IMG/VR virus record: IMGVR_UViG_2541047830_000012 | DNA: 51,169 bases | Direction: 5' to 3' (one strand) | Source: a virus | Lineage: Duplodnaviria > Heunggongvirae > Uroviricota > Caudoviricetes | Part shown: positions 20,708 to 32,344 of the stretch, piece after piece | Layout: each line of letters opens with the position of its first letter | Position numbering within the stretch: the first letter of the stretch is position 1 | Notes under the pieces: model-generated | What the model was told of the DNA's origin: nothing | The model's database searches: none | The model's input: the letters and a program-made list of their open reading frames with translations, nothing else | Position numbers and translations under genes: made by a program

Positions 20708-21400
20708 TTAAAACAACGAGCCAAGCAGACCAAGACCAGCACCGATACCAGCACCCCACGGAGTTGATAGCTCGAGAGCACTGGCTATGCCACCACCCAA
20801 AAGCGCACCGGATGCAGCACCACTAACCCCCTGCTGCAATGCTGACGGTCGGTTGGCGTTTGCCGCAGCCAGCGCCGCGCTTTGCTGTGAAATCTGACTC
20901 ATGTTGTTGGCATATGTTTGCCCGGCGTTTGCCTGCCCCTGAAGAGCGCCAAGACCGATATTTGCCAGGTTGTTGTAATTGTTCATTTGTCCAGATAGCC
21001 ATTGCTGACCAAGCGTTGGTGCGATTGTTGCTAACTGATTACTGGTTGCGGTGGAACCCAATCCACCTGTTGCTTCCGCTGCCGCCAGACTCTGATAGCG
21101 AGCCTGACCTGCAAGGTCTTTATACTGCTGAGAGTTGTAATACTGGTTAAGTGCCTGACCTTGCCCCTCCAGAGACGATAAGTTCTCGAGGCTGCCGACA
21201 TACTTCTCAGCCAGAGGAGTAAACGGCTTCAGGTTATTCATGATGGTGTTGAACTGCTGATTTTGCAGGTCTGCGGCATACTTCTGAGCTTCTGCTGCAT
21301 ACTTTGCGCTTTTATCAGAACTGCCACCTTTACCGCCTTTTTCAGGGCAATAAGGTTCCTCGCCGCGCAGTTTTCTGCCCAGCTTAAATGCATATAACAT
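20708..21400 (-). CDS. DNA ejection protein (P22 gp7-like)
   Basis: 230 aa; synteny with P22 gene 7. Confidence 0.6.
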   Translation of the reverse strand: MLYAFKLGRKLRGEEPYCPEKGGKGGSSDKSAKYAAEAQKYAADLQNQQFNTIMNNLKPFTPLAEKYVGSLENLSSLEGQGQALNQYYNSQQYKDLAGQARYQSLAAAEATGGLGSTATSNQLATIAPTLGQQWLSGQMNNYNNLANIGLGALQGQANAGQTYANNMSQISQQSAALAAANANRPSALQQGVSGAASGALLGGGIASALELSTPWGAGIGAGLGLLGSLF

Positions 21401-21402
21401 GG

Positions 21403-21861
21403 CTATCTCCCGTGATTCAGGAAGTCGATTAGTTCTTCGCGTGTGGCGCTGTAAAACGTCACGTCATCCACGCCTTTGAAGTATTTCTTGATGGTTCCTA
21501 CACGATTAAGGCCAATCATTGCGCAGTACATCTGCCCGTGGCGGAATTTGCGTGCAGCGAACGATGTGACACACTGAACAGTGGTGTTAGTCAGAATGTA
21601 TCGCCAGAACGCCAGCCCGATTTCCTTGCTGAATCCACGAACCTCTGGCAGGTACATGGCGTGGCAATCGAATGTCAGCGGCTGAATCTCCTGATAGTAA
21701 ACAATGCCGCCGAACTGCCCGTGCACGTTCACCTCAAAGTAACGGCAATCAGGTTTGTAGTCGTATCCATCACCGTTGTTGCTCCCGGCAATAATGTCAG
21801 GGTGATTTCCGACTGCTTCTATCAGGTCGATGTTTCGCGTTGGTTTGAACTGAATCATCAC
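21403..21861 (-). CDS. Ejection-module protein (P22 gp14-like)
   Basis: 152 aa; position between tail needle and gp7-like gene. Confidence 0.55.
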   Translation of the reverse strand: MMIQFKPTRNIDLIEAVGNHPDIIAGSNNGDGYDYKPDCRYFEVNVHGQFGGIVYYQEIQPLTFDCHAMYLPEVRGFSKEIGLAFWRYILTNTTVQCVTSFAARKFRHGQMYCAMIGLNRVGTIKKYFKGVDDVTFYSATREELIDFLNHGR

Positions 21862-22811
21862 TGCTCCGCGATTATCTTGATGGTTGTGGCAGTAAACGCC
21901 GCACCATTTGACTGAATGGTTAACGTGCTGCCATTTGTGGCAAGAAAGCCGTCTTTATCCACGCTGAAGAACGTAGCTAACAGGATGTTATCGGTTGTTG
22001 TCGCCGAGTTGCGACTGCTTACCAGTGTGTCAGGAACAGAGCTGGAAAAGGTTAGCTGCATTGACCTGTTTGCGGTTCCGCTGGGCCACGTCCCGACGAT
22101 CGACAGCTTGAAGAACAAGGTTTTGTTCTCGTTGAACACAACCATCTTGTTGTTAACGGTGTCGAAGAATGGTGCCAACGTGCCGGATGACGGCGTGAGC
22201 GTTTTCAGCAGGCTAACAAGGTTGGTCGGCGCTGTCGGGATGGTTACCGATACTCCTGAGTAAACAACCTCTGATTTCTTGCGCGTGGTGGCATACTCAA
22301 GCGCAGATATTCTTGTTGAGTGATCACCAACTGTGCTTTGTAGTGTCGAAATACTTCCCTCTGCCGCTGTGAGCCTGGTATCAAGTGCGTCGATATCGGT
22401 TGTATTCTGAGTTATTCGCGCATCATGGTTTGCTAACTCAGATTCATTGGCAGCAATTCGCGTCTCGTGATCAGCCAGCTCTGTTTCGGCAGCCGTAATC
22501 CTTGTTTCATGATCTGCAAGAGTGCTTTCCGCTGCTGCAATTCTATGTTCATGATTGATGAGAGTTGCTTCAGCAGCTTCAATTCTGGATTCATGGTCTG
22601 CAAGGGTGACATCCTGCTCATCATTCTTCACCTGTGCATCATAAGCCCCCTTCCCTGCTTCGTTGGCCTTGTTAGCCACGTTACCAACATCAGTGCCCTG
22701 TGCGATAACGTAAAGCAGATACGACTGCGAGAAGATATTGCGTGGAAGAACTGATGTATCGAGCCGCGTAGCCTGGATGATTACTGGCTCATTGAGATTC
22801 GAATCAGCCAT
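21858..22811 (-). CDS. Tail needle protein (P22 gp26-like, with C-terminal extension)
   Basis: N-terminus [43 protein letters not shown]… matches P22 gp26 as recalled; heptad repeats (ADHExRI); 317 aa is longer than the gp26 length recalled for P22, suggesting a C-terminal knob. Confidence 0.8.
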   Translation of the reverse strand: MADSNLNEPVIIQATRLDTSVLPRNIFSQSYLLYVIAQGTDVGNVANKANEAGKGAYDAQVKNDEQDVTLADHESRIEAAEATLINHEHRIAAAESTLADHETRITAAETELADHETRIAANESELANHDARITQNTTDIDALDTRLTAAEGSISTLQSTVGDHSTRISALEYATTRKKSEVVYSGVSVTIPTAPTNLVSLLKTLTPSSGTLAPFFDTVNNKMVVFNENKTLFFKLSIVGTWPSGTANRSMQLTFSSSVPDTLVSSRNSATTTDNILLATFFSVDKDGFLATNGSTLTIQSNGAAFTATTIKIIAEQ

Positions 22812-24229
22812 TACTCAATCCTTATCTGGCAGCCAGACAGAGTGACAGGTGACTTCGTGATAACGCGCAATTTGAAGCCGACATTTTTCCTGATGCGCCC
22901 GACTCGCTTCCACAAAACGCGTTTGTCGTAAACGAACGGTTCATTCTGCTCAATCATCTGCTCACGACCGTAATTTATGCCGTCAGTGGTTGCAGAGAGA
23001 AAAAGGCGATCGGCGTACTGCGCAACACCCGTTGAAGATTCAACTTCAAGGTCGAAAACTCTGGCGTTATCCGCTTTGAAGAGGGGAGTAAACAGCAGGT
23101 GTTCCTGTTGCTTGTCGTACTGGCTGCTGATATCGAACTGCAATTTGCCGGTAACCGATTCCAGCTTATCGCCGCACGTTATCTGATTGCCTTCGTAAAT
23201 GAAGTCGATAGCGCGGTACACATCGTCATACAAGCCTGTTTTCAGCACACACCATTGCGGACCATTGGCGCTTGAAGATGCGTCGTACACGAGAACATGG
23301 CGAGGAAGGTGGATAATCAGCAACTCATGAGCATCAAATCGCAGCGATTCCATCACACCATCAGCCAGTTCATCAGCAGTGTAGGAGCGGAGGATTTTCT
23401 CAATGCTCGCGCTGGCGATTGGTGACACCTGACCGGAGCCGATGATGTATACAGACGGCGCACCCGTTGCCGGATTGCTGATGAACGCATAGGAATCAGC
23501 AAACGGCGTTTTGCAGTAAGTTCCGGCAATGCCTTTCTGCACCATCAGCGATGGCTGTGCGACATACAACGCGGCACCAACAGTGGTTGCACCAGTCAGG
23601 GAGAAATATTCAATCGTTGATGAACCAAAGCAGACGATGAAGTCTCGCCATGTTCCGATACCGATGATGCCGTCCGGCTGCGATTCTGCGCGATATTGTG
23701 CGCTGTATCGGTCAGGATGCGATTCGTCTTCAAGGTCAGTGATAAACCATGAATCAGTTCCGTCTTTTGACCACGCATAACGCCCACGTAAGCGCGTAAT
23801 GTCGCGGACTGAGCCTAACTCATACTGAGTGAATCCACTGTCTGTAGGCCAGTTTGAGACGGTTTTAACCGTGCCATCATAGCGATACTCGACCAGTTGA
23901 CCATTAACGCCTACAGCCTGAGATGTCCGACCATGCGCCATTGATACGCGACCACTTCCGGCGACGTCACCGACTTCGCTTTCGCCTTTGTAAAGCTTCC
24001 CACCACACACGCGATAAACAGCACTCTGCGCCATGTTGTACTCGACGCCGCGCGATACGCCGTTCACATCAGAACGTTTGGCAATGCCCGGGAATGAGCG
24101 AAGATATCCGCTGCTGTTAAGGATTTCTTTGGGTGTTGCCAACATATTTACTGGCAGATAGTCGATATAGTCGGCGTTTCGAAAGTCTTTGCCGACACCT
24201 TTCATAAGCGGAAGTTGCTGAATCGGCAT
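22811..24229 (-). CDS. Tail accessory protein (P22 gp10-like)
   Basis: 472 aa, the gp10 length recalled for P22; synteny. Confidence 0.75.
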   Translation of the reverse strand: MPIQQLPLMKGVGKDFRNADYIDYLPVNMLATPKEILNSSGYLRSFPGIAKRSDVNGVSRGVEYNMAQSAVYRVCGGKLYKGESEVGDVAGSGRVSMAHGRTSQAVGVNGQLVEYRYDGTVKTVSNWPTDSGFTQYELGSVRDITRLRGRYAWSKDGTDSWFITDLEDESHPDRYSAQYRAESQPDGIIGIGTWRDFIVCFGSSTIEYFSLTGATTVGAALYVAQPSLMVQKGIAGTYCKTPFADSYAFISNPATGAPSVYIIGSGQVSPIASASIEKILRSYTADELADGVMESLRFDAHELLIIHLPRHVLVYDASSSANGPQWCVLKTGLYDDVYRAIDFIYEGNQITCGDKLESVTGKLQFDISSQYDKQQEHLLFTPLFKADNARVFDLEVESSTGVAQYADRLFLSATTDGINYGREQMIEQNEPFVYDKRVLWKRVGRIRKNVGFKLRVITKSPVTLSGCQIRIE

Positions 24230-24238
24230 TTATTCACC

Positions 24239-24700
24239 TCACGTACTCGGATCATCTTTCTCGATGTAAAACCGATTCCACGTAAACGCGCTTTTGTTAC
24301 CACTACCGCGAGGCATGTCATTTCGTCGCTCAAGTGGTGGTATTTTGGTTAAAGCGATACAGATTGTCTGATATGCACTGTCAGCAGCGGTCAGGAGAGC
24401 ATCCGACGGCTGAATGACGTTATCCATGCACACTTGCACAGCGAGCTTCAAAGCGACGCCATCATTTGCCCATGCAGGGATACCTGAATCATCGTCAGGT
24501 AACGGCATGATGCCGTTTTCTGTATCCGCAAACTGATATCCAAGCTCGATACCTTTCGCCTGCCATGCTGCCATCATGTCTTCGAGGTCATTAATGGCAT
24601 CTTCAATTGCCTGAGGGTCGGCATCTGTCAACGTGGCATTGGAATACAGCCCGGCTTTTCGTAAAGCCTTAAGAACGAGATCACCCTTCGTTTTCGCCAT
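24239..24700 (-). CDS. Head-tail adaptor / tail accessory protein (P22 gp4-like)
   Basis: 153 aa; position between coat and gp10. Confidence 0.7.
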   Translation of the reverse strand: MAKTKGDLVLKALRKAGLYSNATLTDADPQAIEDAINDLEDMMAAWQAKGIELGYQFADTENGIMPLPDDDSGIPAWANDGVALKLAVQVCMDNVIQPSDALLTAADSAYQTICIALTKIPPLERRNDMPRGSGNKSAFTWNRFYIEKDDPST

Positions 24701-24869
24701 CTTCTTCCGCCTTAGCCACTTTTTGCTTCGTTGCGGTTTCTTCAGGAGTTTTTACCCAGCCTTTTTTCAGGTGAGTTTTAACTTCTTCGTCATCAACAAT
24801 GATGTAATCGACAGCAAACTGACCACAGGTGATCATGTTGCCCGGCTTATAGAGCATTGTTCGTGCCAT
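24681..24869 (-). CDS. Small hypothetical virion-module protein
   Basis: 62-aa ORF from an internal Met between coat and gp4 genes; acidic C-terminus. Confidence 0.4.
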   Translation of the reverse strand: MARTMLYKPGNMITCGQFAVDYIIVDDEEVKTHLKKGWVKTPEETATKQKVAKAEEDGENEG

Positions 24870-24910
24870 TGTCTTCTCCCAATAAAAATGGGGCCGAAGC
24901 CCCACCAAAA

Positions 24911-26164
24911 TTACTGCCCGGCAATAACGATGCCCGTATATTCAGGAACCAGTACAGAGCAACCGTACAGAGTGGTGAAACGCGCAGTGGTTACGCCTTT
25001 GATGTGGTCGAAGGCGTAAGACATGATCAGCGTAGCGCCCTGCTCGGTGGTTGCTGTCATTACCTGTGGACCCTGACCAGTCGGGAACGCCAGTTTGCCG
25101 TACATCAGTTCAACAGAACCATCAGCCCAGAACAGGTTAGCCGGTGCGGCATTTTTGTTGAGAATGGTAATTGCTGCACCATTTGCCGCGTTAGCATCAA
25201 CGTTTGCATATGGACGGCTGGCGGCATCCGCGTTGTCAGGCGGCAGAATTTTCGGGGAGATAGTTACTGTCGTTCCGCTTACTGCCAGAACGCGGAATAC
25301 CTGCGGCTGCCCGGTGGTATCTTTGGTGATCTGGTGTACGGAATTCACGCCAGCAATGGTGAACGCATCGCCAGCCTGCAAACCAGATGCAGATACCGTA
25401 ATGGTCCCCTGTCGGTTATCCACTGGCATATCGTTGGCATCTTTCGCTTCAACCTTGTGCGCAGGTTCAGCCGCCAGCGTCAGGGAAGTTGCTGTCCCTT
25501 TCGGAACACGACCAGAAATATCGGTCTTGTAGCTATCGAAGGACGCAACCGGAGGGATCTGCGCTTTTTCGTATGCTGTCAGGGTTGCGCCCTGAGCATA
25601 AGCACGGTGACCAAGCTCGCCAGCAAGGTCTTTGTAGTTGAAGGGGTTCCAGAAAGAGCGGCGGTTGATACCCTGTGGTACACCAATCGCCGTCATGGTG
25701 GCATCAATACCTGCCGCACAGTTCCACAAATCACGTCCCTGTGAACCAGTGGTTGAGTCAGCCATTGTGATCACGTTAGTAGCACGCTGCGTGACCATGG
25801 AAATCAGGTCAGAGTCAATCTGTGCAGCAAGGCGCATACCTGCGGCGCGACCAGCTTCAGTTTTATGTTCCGGGTCACGCATTTCACGCGCATCCAGAGT
25901 GTACAGAATGTTTTTCGGCTCCTTGAACACTGAAGGAACAAGGCGCTGAACCAGTGCTGTTGGTGTTTTGCTGCTGAGATCGAGGCCTTCCTCAATGTTC
26001 ATGTGGTAATGCTGCGGACGATACAGAACATCACCTGCTCGCTGCATTGCTGTATCACCGGGACGGAATTTTTTAGCGTTACGGGAAACTACGCAGGCGG
26101 CCTCAAAGCCTTCAACGTAGTTTTCGAACATGATTTCAAGGTCTTTTGCTAATTGGTTAGCCAT
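24911..26164 (-). CDS. Major capsid (coat) protein, P22 gp5-like
   Basis: 417 aa; position after the scaffold gene; Gly/Ala/Thr-rich as in P22-type coats. Confidence 0.8.
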   Translation of the reverse strand: MANQLAKDLEIMFENYVEGFEAACVVSRNAKKFRPGDTAMQRAGDVLYRPQHYHMNIEEGLDLSSKTPTALVQRLVPSVFKEPKNILYTLDAREMRDPEHKTEAGRAAGMRLAAQIDSDLISMVTQRATNVITMADSTTGSQGRDLWNCAAGIDATMTAIGVPQGINRRSFWNPFNYKDLAGELGHRAYAQGATLTAYEKAQIPPVASFDSYKTDISGRVPKGTATSLTLAAEPAHKVEAKDANDMPVDNRQGTITVSASGLQAGDAFTIAGVNSVHQITKDTTGQPQVFRVLAVSGTTVTISPKILPPDNADAASRPYANVDANAANGAAITILNKNAAPANLFWADGSVELMYGKLAFPTGQGPQVMTATTEQGATLIMSYAFDHIKGVTTARFTTLYGCSVLVPEYTGIVIAGQ

Positions 26165-26182
26165 GCTTAATGCTCCGATAGG

Positions 26183-27076
26183 TTATTTTTTTGCCTTTTT
26201 AGCGGCGAAATACGGCGTCCAGTCACCAGTTTCCAGCGCCCTGGCTTTCAGTTTGTCGAGGTTGTTGATTACTGCGCCGTTGCTCCCCTTAACTGTCGGG
26301 GTTGTGGCTGCCGTGGTTTTTGCTTTTGGCATGATTCTGGCCTTAGATTCGATACGTTCCAGCAGACGACCAATTGCTACGGGGTTGGTAGCTTCTGCCA
26401 GTTGCTTGCGCAGTTCAGCGTTGCGACCGAGTGCCAGAACAACGATTTCCGGCTTCTCTGACTCAAACAGGATCGCGTTTTGTGTCTCGATGGGGATTTC
26501 CTCGAGTACGGCCTGTTCAGCTTCCTGATAGCCAGGAACCTTGAGGGCCTTAACACGTTGCTGATATTTGGATAATCGCTCTTGATAGGCAGCCTGAAGC
26601 TCCTGCTCCTTCTGCTTGCGAGCCATCTCCTGTTGCTGGTACTTGCCGTTATCCTCTGCCCACTTAGCCATGCGTTGCTGGTAGATTTCTTCATCGAAAT
26701 CGATGTCCTCATCATCCAGTTTTGGCATTCGCGGTGGTTGAGTGATTACCGGCTGCTGCTCGACGGGTTTCTGAGACTGACGCATCAGCTCTTTCAGCTC
26801 GCGGTCTTTCTCTTTAATCGTCTTGCGCAGGTGTTTTACCAGTCCATGCTCTGCGCCATCTTCGCTGGTTGGCGAATCCAGCTTTTCGTCACCAAAGTAG
26901 AATTCCTGTTCTGATTCGTCGTCATCAGTTTCAGTAGCTTCCTCTGCATCATTGCCGGATGACTCACTGCCATCTTCTTTTTCGACTTCTTCAGCCAGTT
27001 CGACATCATCAGGAATCTGCTCTGACGCGTCGGTTTCGATTTCAACTTCTGGTGTGTTTTCTGCCATCTGGTCCAT
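26183..27076 (-). CDS. Scaffolding protein (P22 gp8-like)
   Basis: 297-aa acidic, coiled-coil-rich ORF between portal and coat. Confidence 0.75.
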   Translation of the reverse strand: MDQMAENTPEVEIETDASEQIPDDVELAEEVEKEDGSESSGNDAEEATETDDDESEQEFYFGDEKLDSPTSEDGAEHGLVKHLRKTIKEKDRELKELMRQSQKPVEQQPVITQPPRMPKLDDEDIDFDEEIYQQRMAKWAEDNGKYQQQEMARKQKEQELQAAYQERLSKYQQRVKALKVPGYQEAEQAVLEEIPIETQNAILFESEKPEIVVLALGRNAELRKQLAEATNPVAIGRLLERIESKARIMPKAKTTAATTPTVKGSNGAVINNLDKLKARALETGDWTPYFAAKKAKK

Positions 27077-27169
27077 TTGTTACCCCTGTTTACTCGATGT
27101 TCAGCCCATCGGAAGGCAATAGGGTGCCAGGCCTCATAAAGACAGCCATTGCACGTTATGGGTTAATTA

Positions 27170-29365
27170 CTACTGTGGTTGTTGCTGAGTTGATTTTTGC
27201 AGGATGCTGCTGATGTCCATGCGCTGCGCATGGCCCTGTGCCTGACTTTTCAGGACAAGCTCTGCATCAGCACGGGCATTATCTCCTTGCTGTTGCTGGA
27301 ACTGTCCGAGCAGTTTCAGCGCCTCACGGATATCAGATTTTTGCTGGCTATCGGCAGATGCGAGGATTTTCACAACATTTGCCACAGCAACCTGAGCATC
27401 CGTCTGTGCCTGGAATGCTTTAACCTGAATGGCTGCCTGTTCGTTCTGCGCTTTCTGCAATTCAGCCTGACCAGCAAGAAGCTGACCTTGCGCTGCAACC
27501 ATAGCCGGATCTGGCTGACTGGCCTGTTGTTGTTTCGCCTGTTCAACCATCTGCTGTTCTTCAGGCGTTCTCGGCTTGATAACGCCAGACAGAAGCAACT
27601 GATTGCGGTTGTATTCTTTCAGGTCGTCCATCCCTTCGCCGTCCATATTGTCGAGAATCATCGACGATACAAGGTCGTGCTTCGGCGTTCCTGGTGGGAT
27701 AAGTGCCAGCATGGAAAGTAACGACTTAACCGTTGCGTCACGGCGAGTAGCGAACGACTGACCGACATCGACAGTCACTTCATAGTTACCCTGCGAAAGG
27801 TCGTTAAGCGCGATAACCTGCCCTGTCTGACGGTCAACCACTTCACCAGTCATCAGCGCCACGTCATCGCTGCCGTCCTCATTCACGATACGCATCGGCG
27901 TATCACTGCCATAGACCTCACGCGCCATAGAAAGCCACACAACGCCAGCGCGACGCATGGATTTAGCCATGTTGTCCATGTAGATATAGGACTGCGTATC
28001 CATCCGGTTAAAGATGCTATCAACGGTATCGGTGGCGACGTTGCTCGGCATGTTCTCAAGCTGCGACGCACCTGTAATTTGCTGAATAGCCGTTCCGGTG
28101 TACTGCAATAGCCCGGCAAGAGCTGGAGGCATTTGTGTCGGAGGTGTCCAGCCAGCAACCTGAGCTTCTGAAATGACTGTTCCGTTTTTGTCCTTCTTGC
28201 TGGTCATAGGAAGAACTGCAGGTCTATTCTTATTCCTCTCTGCCCAGTAATTCATTAATGGGCCGGGAATGAAATCAACATCCACGATAGGAATGCCATC
28301 ACCGCCAGCCTGAGTGGCGTTATCTGCAATCATGGAAACCATCAGGTTCTCAAGACGCTGTGCATCCATCGCTTTTGCTGCGTGGCCTTCGATTCGCTCC
28401 TGATTATCAACAAATGAACGACGCCCATATACCGGGATGAGAGGAATATGTTCGCCCGGAATGCGCTTCGGTTCTTCCAGCCATTCAGCGCCAGACAGAA
28501 GACCGCAATAAACTCGGCGTTTCTTCACTGTCCGCTCACCAATCAGTTCGAATGCACCATCGGTCAGCTCGTCGACAATATCTTTGATTTGCTCTTCATC
28601 ATAGATTGCCGTTTCTCCGCTAACAGGGTTGCGCCACGCCGTGAGCTTCACCTTCTCTATGCGAACTTCGTAGTAGCGTCCAACATAGATGGCATCTGGC
28701 GTTGACCAGTCATACTGAGTACCAGTGCCATCACGAGAAAGGCTTGCCGCAATGGAATCAGGGTATTCAGCCTCGAACGCTTTAGGCGTCATGGAGAACA
28801 TTTCCATAGCCCACATAGCATCAGATCGGTCATATTGCTTGCTGTCCTGATCGAAGAAGACGCATGTCGCTGGGTCGTAAACAGGAAGAAGACTGATGCG
28901 TCGCTGCTCGTTACTCGGATCCATTTCATCTTCGTAATCGGCACACATGCGGAAACAACCGAATCCGCCCGTTACAGCATCATCAAATGCGTTATCACAC
29001 GCTTCACCACCGGATGTTTCCTGATAGTCAGCGCGGAATTTGCCGTTCATCTTTTCGGCTAACGCTTCCGATGCCTTATCGTCCTTCGGCCTGAATTTAA
29101 CGCTGATGCGATTCTGTCGATACTCGCCAATGATGCGATCACATTCACGGGCAATCTTATTCAGTTCAAAGCGCGGGTAATGCTCAAACCTGCCTTCATC
29201 AAATGAGTAACCAGCGTTTGTGCTGCCTTCCCACTGTGCGCCGGATACCCGGACGAAACGTTGAGCCTCAATAATCTGCTCACGCATATCCTGCGTTGCT
29301 GACCAGGCATTATCAAAGTTGCACAGCACCTTGCGATGCCAGTCAGTCATCTTTTTTTCTGCCAT
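27170..29365 (-). CDS. Portal protein (P22 gp1-like)
   Basis: 731 aa with Gln-rich C-terminus; follows large terminase. Confidence 0.8.
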   Translation of the reverse strand: MAEKKMTDWHRKVLCNFDNAWSATQDMREQIIEAQRFVRVSGAQWEGSTNAGYSFDEGRFEHYPRFELNKIARECDRIIGEYRQNRISVKFRPKDDKASEALAEKMNGKFRADYQETSGGEACDNAFDDAVTGGFGCFRMCADYEDEMDPSNEQRRISLLPVYDPATCVFFDQDSKQYDRSDAMWAMEMFSMTPKAFEAEYPDSIAASLSRDGTGTQYDWSTPDAIYVGRYYEVRIEKVKLTAWRNPVSGETAIYDEEQIKDIVDELTDGAFELIGERTVKKRRVYCGLLSGAEWLEEPKRIPGEHIPLIPVYGRRSFVDNQERIEGHAAKAMDAQRLENLMVSMIADNATQAGGDGIPIVDVDFIPGPLMNYWAERNKNRPAVLPMTSKKDKNGTVISEAQVAGWTPPTQMPPALAGLLQYTGTAIQQITGASQLENMPSNVATDTVDSIFNRMDTQSYIYMDNMAKSMRRAGVVWLSMAREVYGSDTPMRIVNEDGSDDVALMTGEVVDRQTGQVIALNDLSQGNYEVTVDVGQSFATRRDATVKSLLSMLALIPPGTPKHDLVSSMILDNMDGEGMDDLKEYNRNQLLLSGVIKPRTPEEQQMVEQAKQQQASQPDPAMVAAQGQLLAGQAELQKAQNEQAAIQVKAFQAQTDAQVAVANVVKILASADSQQKSDIREALKLLGQFQQQQGDNARADAELVLKSQAQGHAQRMDISSILQKSTQQQPQ

Positions 29366-29366
29366 A

Positions 29367-30782
29367 TCAACCTACACCACAAGGAATTGAGTAACTGGAA
29401 TAGTCGGGTTGCGCAGCCGACTCCGGGCAATGCATACACATCATCAGCGCATCAGCCAGGTTAGGAGATGGAATACCGAGCTTCTGCTTCATTTCGACCT
29501 TAGTCATAAGCTCCAGCTTCCCGTTGTTATTGAATTTGCGCTGAATCTGCGTCAGTTCTGCAAACAGCTTCTCCAGCATCTTCTCGCCTATCGCTTCTTT
29601 GTCGAAACTCAGCATGTCGTCTGGGTCTGCATACTCACCGTGAACAACCGCCCGATATGTCAGATACAGCCTGTCAGCCAGCGCGTAATAGAATTGTGCT
29701 CGCTTATTGCGGAACACATCACCAATAGTGCGAACGTTGTCGCCCTGTACGACTTCATCGGCCCATGCTCCGGCCTGATAAGGCGCATCTTCATCGAATG
29801 GCGATTCGCTGCCCTTGAACATCGTGGCGGTGATTTTCTTGCCGGAGAACGCTTCCGTTGTCTGTCTGCGTAGCCCGGCACCAACACCATCACCATCCCA
29901 CAGGTAATGGTCAGCGCCGTCTTCAATCGCCAGCGAAGTAGCCCAGTCAGCACCCTCGTTGATGTCCATCAGCAGACCTTCAGCAATGCGCTTAACTACC
30001 GAACCGTGACGCGATGCATAACCTTTAGCATCTGGCCCTGTATCTGATGGGTCATGCGCAGAGACAACAGCGCCTTTCGCTTTCCATCCGAGTTTCTTGT
30101 GCGCATCGGTTGCAGCTTCAAGCCATTCTCGTTTGATGATTGCCATATCACTTGCGCTTACCGGCTCACCAAGCCAGATGTGACGATACAGTGTCGGATT
30201 TCTGCGTTTACACTCTTCCATCTCCAGACGGAGAACTTCAGGAAAGTGCGGGTTGTCGGTGTAGTTCACCGTCAGCAGGCAAATATCATCGGGAGGATTT
30301 ACAACGAATCGCTGATAGGTATCGTCGAGGATGTTTTTCGGGTTAAAGCTCACCCATATTTCAGAGAACGGCTTACGGATGGTCGGTATCAGGATATCCC
30401 ATGATTCCTTCGTTACCGCTTCCGCTTCTTCCACCCAGCAGATATCAATACCTTCGAGCGATTTAATCTTCGTCGGGTTGTTTTTGATGCCGTAGAACAT
30501 GAATTCAGCATTCGTTCCGAGATGACGAATCATGGAACGCTGAATTTCAAACTCAGCCGAATACCCTTCACGCTCAATGGTATCTTCAAGCAGCCGGATT
30601 ACCGAATCGCTGATACTGTTTTGCAGTTCACGAGCGCAGAGAATACGCACTGGCTGACGACGCGCCGCTTCAACAAGCAGCCTAGCAATTGCCCATGACT
30701 TACCGCTACCTCGACCGCCTTTGGCGACTTTGTAGCGATGCGCCTCAATGAACGGTTCAAAGATAGGATTAATCGAGGTCAT
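29367..30782 (-). CDS. Terminase large subunit
   Basis: 471 aa; Walker A-like VAKGGRGSGKS near N-terminus; position. Confidence 0.85.
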   Translation of the reverse strand: MTSINPIFEPFIEAHRYKVAKGGRGSGKSWAIARLLVEAARRQPVRILCARELQNSISDSVIRLLEDTIEREGYSAEFEIQRSMIRHLGTNAEFMFYGIKNNPTKIKSLEGIDICWVEEAEAVTKESWDILIPTIRKPFSEIWVSFNPKNILDDTYQRFVVNPPDDICLLTVNYTDNPHFPEVLRLEMEECKRRNPTLYRHIWLGEPVSASDMAIIKREWLEAATDAHKKLGWKAKGAVVSAHDPSDTGPDAKGYASRHGSVVKRIAEGLLMDINEGADWATSLAIEDGADHYLWDGDGVGAGLRRQTTEAFSGKKITATMFKGSESPFDEDAPYQAGAWADEVVQGDNVRTIGDVFRNKRAQFYYALADRLYLTYRAVVHGEYADPDDMLSFDKEAIGEKMLEKLFAELTQIQRKFNNNGKLELMTKVEMKQKLGIPSPNLADALMMCMHCPESAAQPDYSSYSIPCGVG

Positions 30783-31219
30783 TTTCCGAATAGAGTGCTC
30801 ATCGGTGATGTTTCAATCTGGATTGCGCCGCCGTCTTTGCCTGTTAGCTCGTGATCAACCTTGTCGCGCCATTTATCCTTCTGTCGGTTCTTAAGCCAGA
30901 AAATGGCAGCGGTTGTATCAGGCGGGTAATACTTCTCAAGCGGAGTTTCGACAATTCTGTTTTCAATAACACGAATATCGATATCTGGAGCCACGAAGCC
31001 CATAGCGCGTTGATAAAGACGATCACTAACTTCTGCATCAGCGACGGCCTTACCCTTTTTTATGGACTCCGAAAACTTAGGATAATCAAGCTTCCACTTG
31101 TTAATAGTTGACTCACTGACTTCGAAGAAATCAGCAAGCTCTGCATCGGTGTAGCCCAGCAAGCACAGTTTGCGTGCCTGTTCGGCGTACGCCTCTTGAT
31201 ACTTTGTTGGGCGCGCCAT
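30779..31219 (-). CDS. Terminase small subunit (HTH DNA-binding)
   Basis: 146 aa with N-terminal HTH (…GYTDAELADFFEVSESTINKWK…); overlaps TerL start. Confidence 0.75.
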   Translation of the reverse strand: MARPTKYQEAYAEQARKLCLLGYTDAELADFFEVSESTINKWKLDYPKFSESIKKGKAVADAEVSDRLYQRAMGFVAPDIDIRVIENRIVETPLEKYYPPDTTAAIFWLKNRQKDKWRDKVDHELTGKDGGAIQIETSPMSTLFGK

Positions 31220-31221
31220 GT

Positions 31222-31464
31222 TTATGCTCCGGTAGTGAACAGGTCTAACGCTTCCTTCGATTTACGCACCGCTTCAAATGTGCGGATCGTGATATCTGAA
31301 TTAGCGCCGCCTGACTGGAAGTGAATTTTGAATAGCTCAAGCTTCAGCTCGTCAGTGCCAATGAATTGAAATGCTTCTTCTGCGGCTGCGTTCTGGTTCA
31401 TGACCAGTTTGTAAATCTCTAACTGGAATTTCTGTTCTTCAGTCATGGGAATAATCTCTGCCAT
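31222..31464 (-). CDS. Small hypothetical protein upstream of terminase
   Basis: 80-aa ORF tightly coupled to terS. Confidence 0.5.
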   Translation of the reverse strand: MAEIIPMTEEQKFQLEIYKLVMNQNAAAEEAFQFIGTDELKLELFKIHFQSGGANSDITIRTFEAVRKSKEALDLFTTGA

Positions 31465-31711
31465 TGTTGGCTCCGTTTATCCGTTAAAAGGGATATCAGT
31501 TAAGATATCCCGTGTAGGGTATAAGCCATTGTCGAGACCACTCATTGAATGGTCTCTGCAATAACCGATGTCTTTCCATCAGTCCGCCACCACAAAGAAT
31601 CTTTTTTGCCTTAAGGCTGGAGGTTCATCTTTCAGTGGCTGCCAGTGTTATTTCCCCACTTACTGGCTTGGGTTGTTTCGCTGTACTGCCGTTAATTAGT
31701 GAGTCCGGGGA

Positions 31712-32197
31712 TTATTTCAGTTCGTTACCAGGCATTTCTTTTAGCTCTTTCAAATGACAACGATTGAGGCTAAACCACTCCCCGTGCGACCTATAGTTGT
31801 AATATTTTTGGTGCAATTTGGTTTCAAGCTCTCTATCGGACGGAATCTTTGCAATTAGATTTAGCTTCCCACCACTCATGCGAGATATCTCTGAAATTCG
31901 TTTATTAACCCTGCGACTAAACCCTATTTTTGTTAGCCCACTATCTTCAGCATGCAGAACGTACACATATGATTTTTGCGAAGCACTGGGTGCGACTTTG
32001 TTGTAATTAATCATGTCAAACATGAAGCCTTGCTTTAGCAAAGTTTCAAAAAAGATAGAATTAACACACCCATTCCTTCTCAGCTCTGCACTTAGCTTGT
32101 CAATTTCCTCTATGATGTCGCCAGACCCCTTTCCACTTATAAGAAAATCTTGGTACATGCGACCAATTCTTGAGGTAATTTCAACAAAGTTATTCAT
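31712..32197 (-). CDS. T5orf172 / GIY-YIG-like domain protein (accessory gene)
   Basis: C-terminal half YVYVLHAEDSGLTKIGFSRRVNKRISEISRMSGGKLNLIAKIPSDRELETKLHQKYYNYRSHGEWFSL fits the T5orf172 pattern (KIG…R…L…E..LH…GEWF); AT-rich; flanked by roughly 250-350 bp non-coding spacers. Confidence 0.65.
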   Translation of the reverse strand: MNNFVEITSRIGRMYQDFLISGKGSGDIIEEIDKLSAELRRNGCVNSIFFETLLKQGFMFDMINYNKVAPSASQKSYVYVLHAEDSGLTKIGFSRRVNKRISEISRMSGGKLNLIAKIPSDRELETKLHQKYYNYRSHGEWFSLNRCHLKELKEMPGNELK

Positions 32198-32344
32198 AGC
32201 GTTTACCTTTTAGAAAGATGAGCCTGTTCGCACAGAAAAGCCGTCCCCGAGATGGTCGCCACCATATACGGCAATTCTCAGGCTCAGCTTTCTGAAAGAC
32301 TCGGGATTGTTACGCGCTGCGATGCGCGGTTTACTGCAGATGTA

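Noticed and set aside
25095-25949. Plus-strand ORFs within the coat gene region
   Set aside because: Antisense to the coat protein gene; no independent support.
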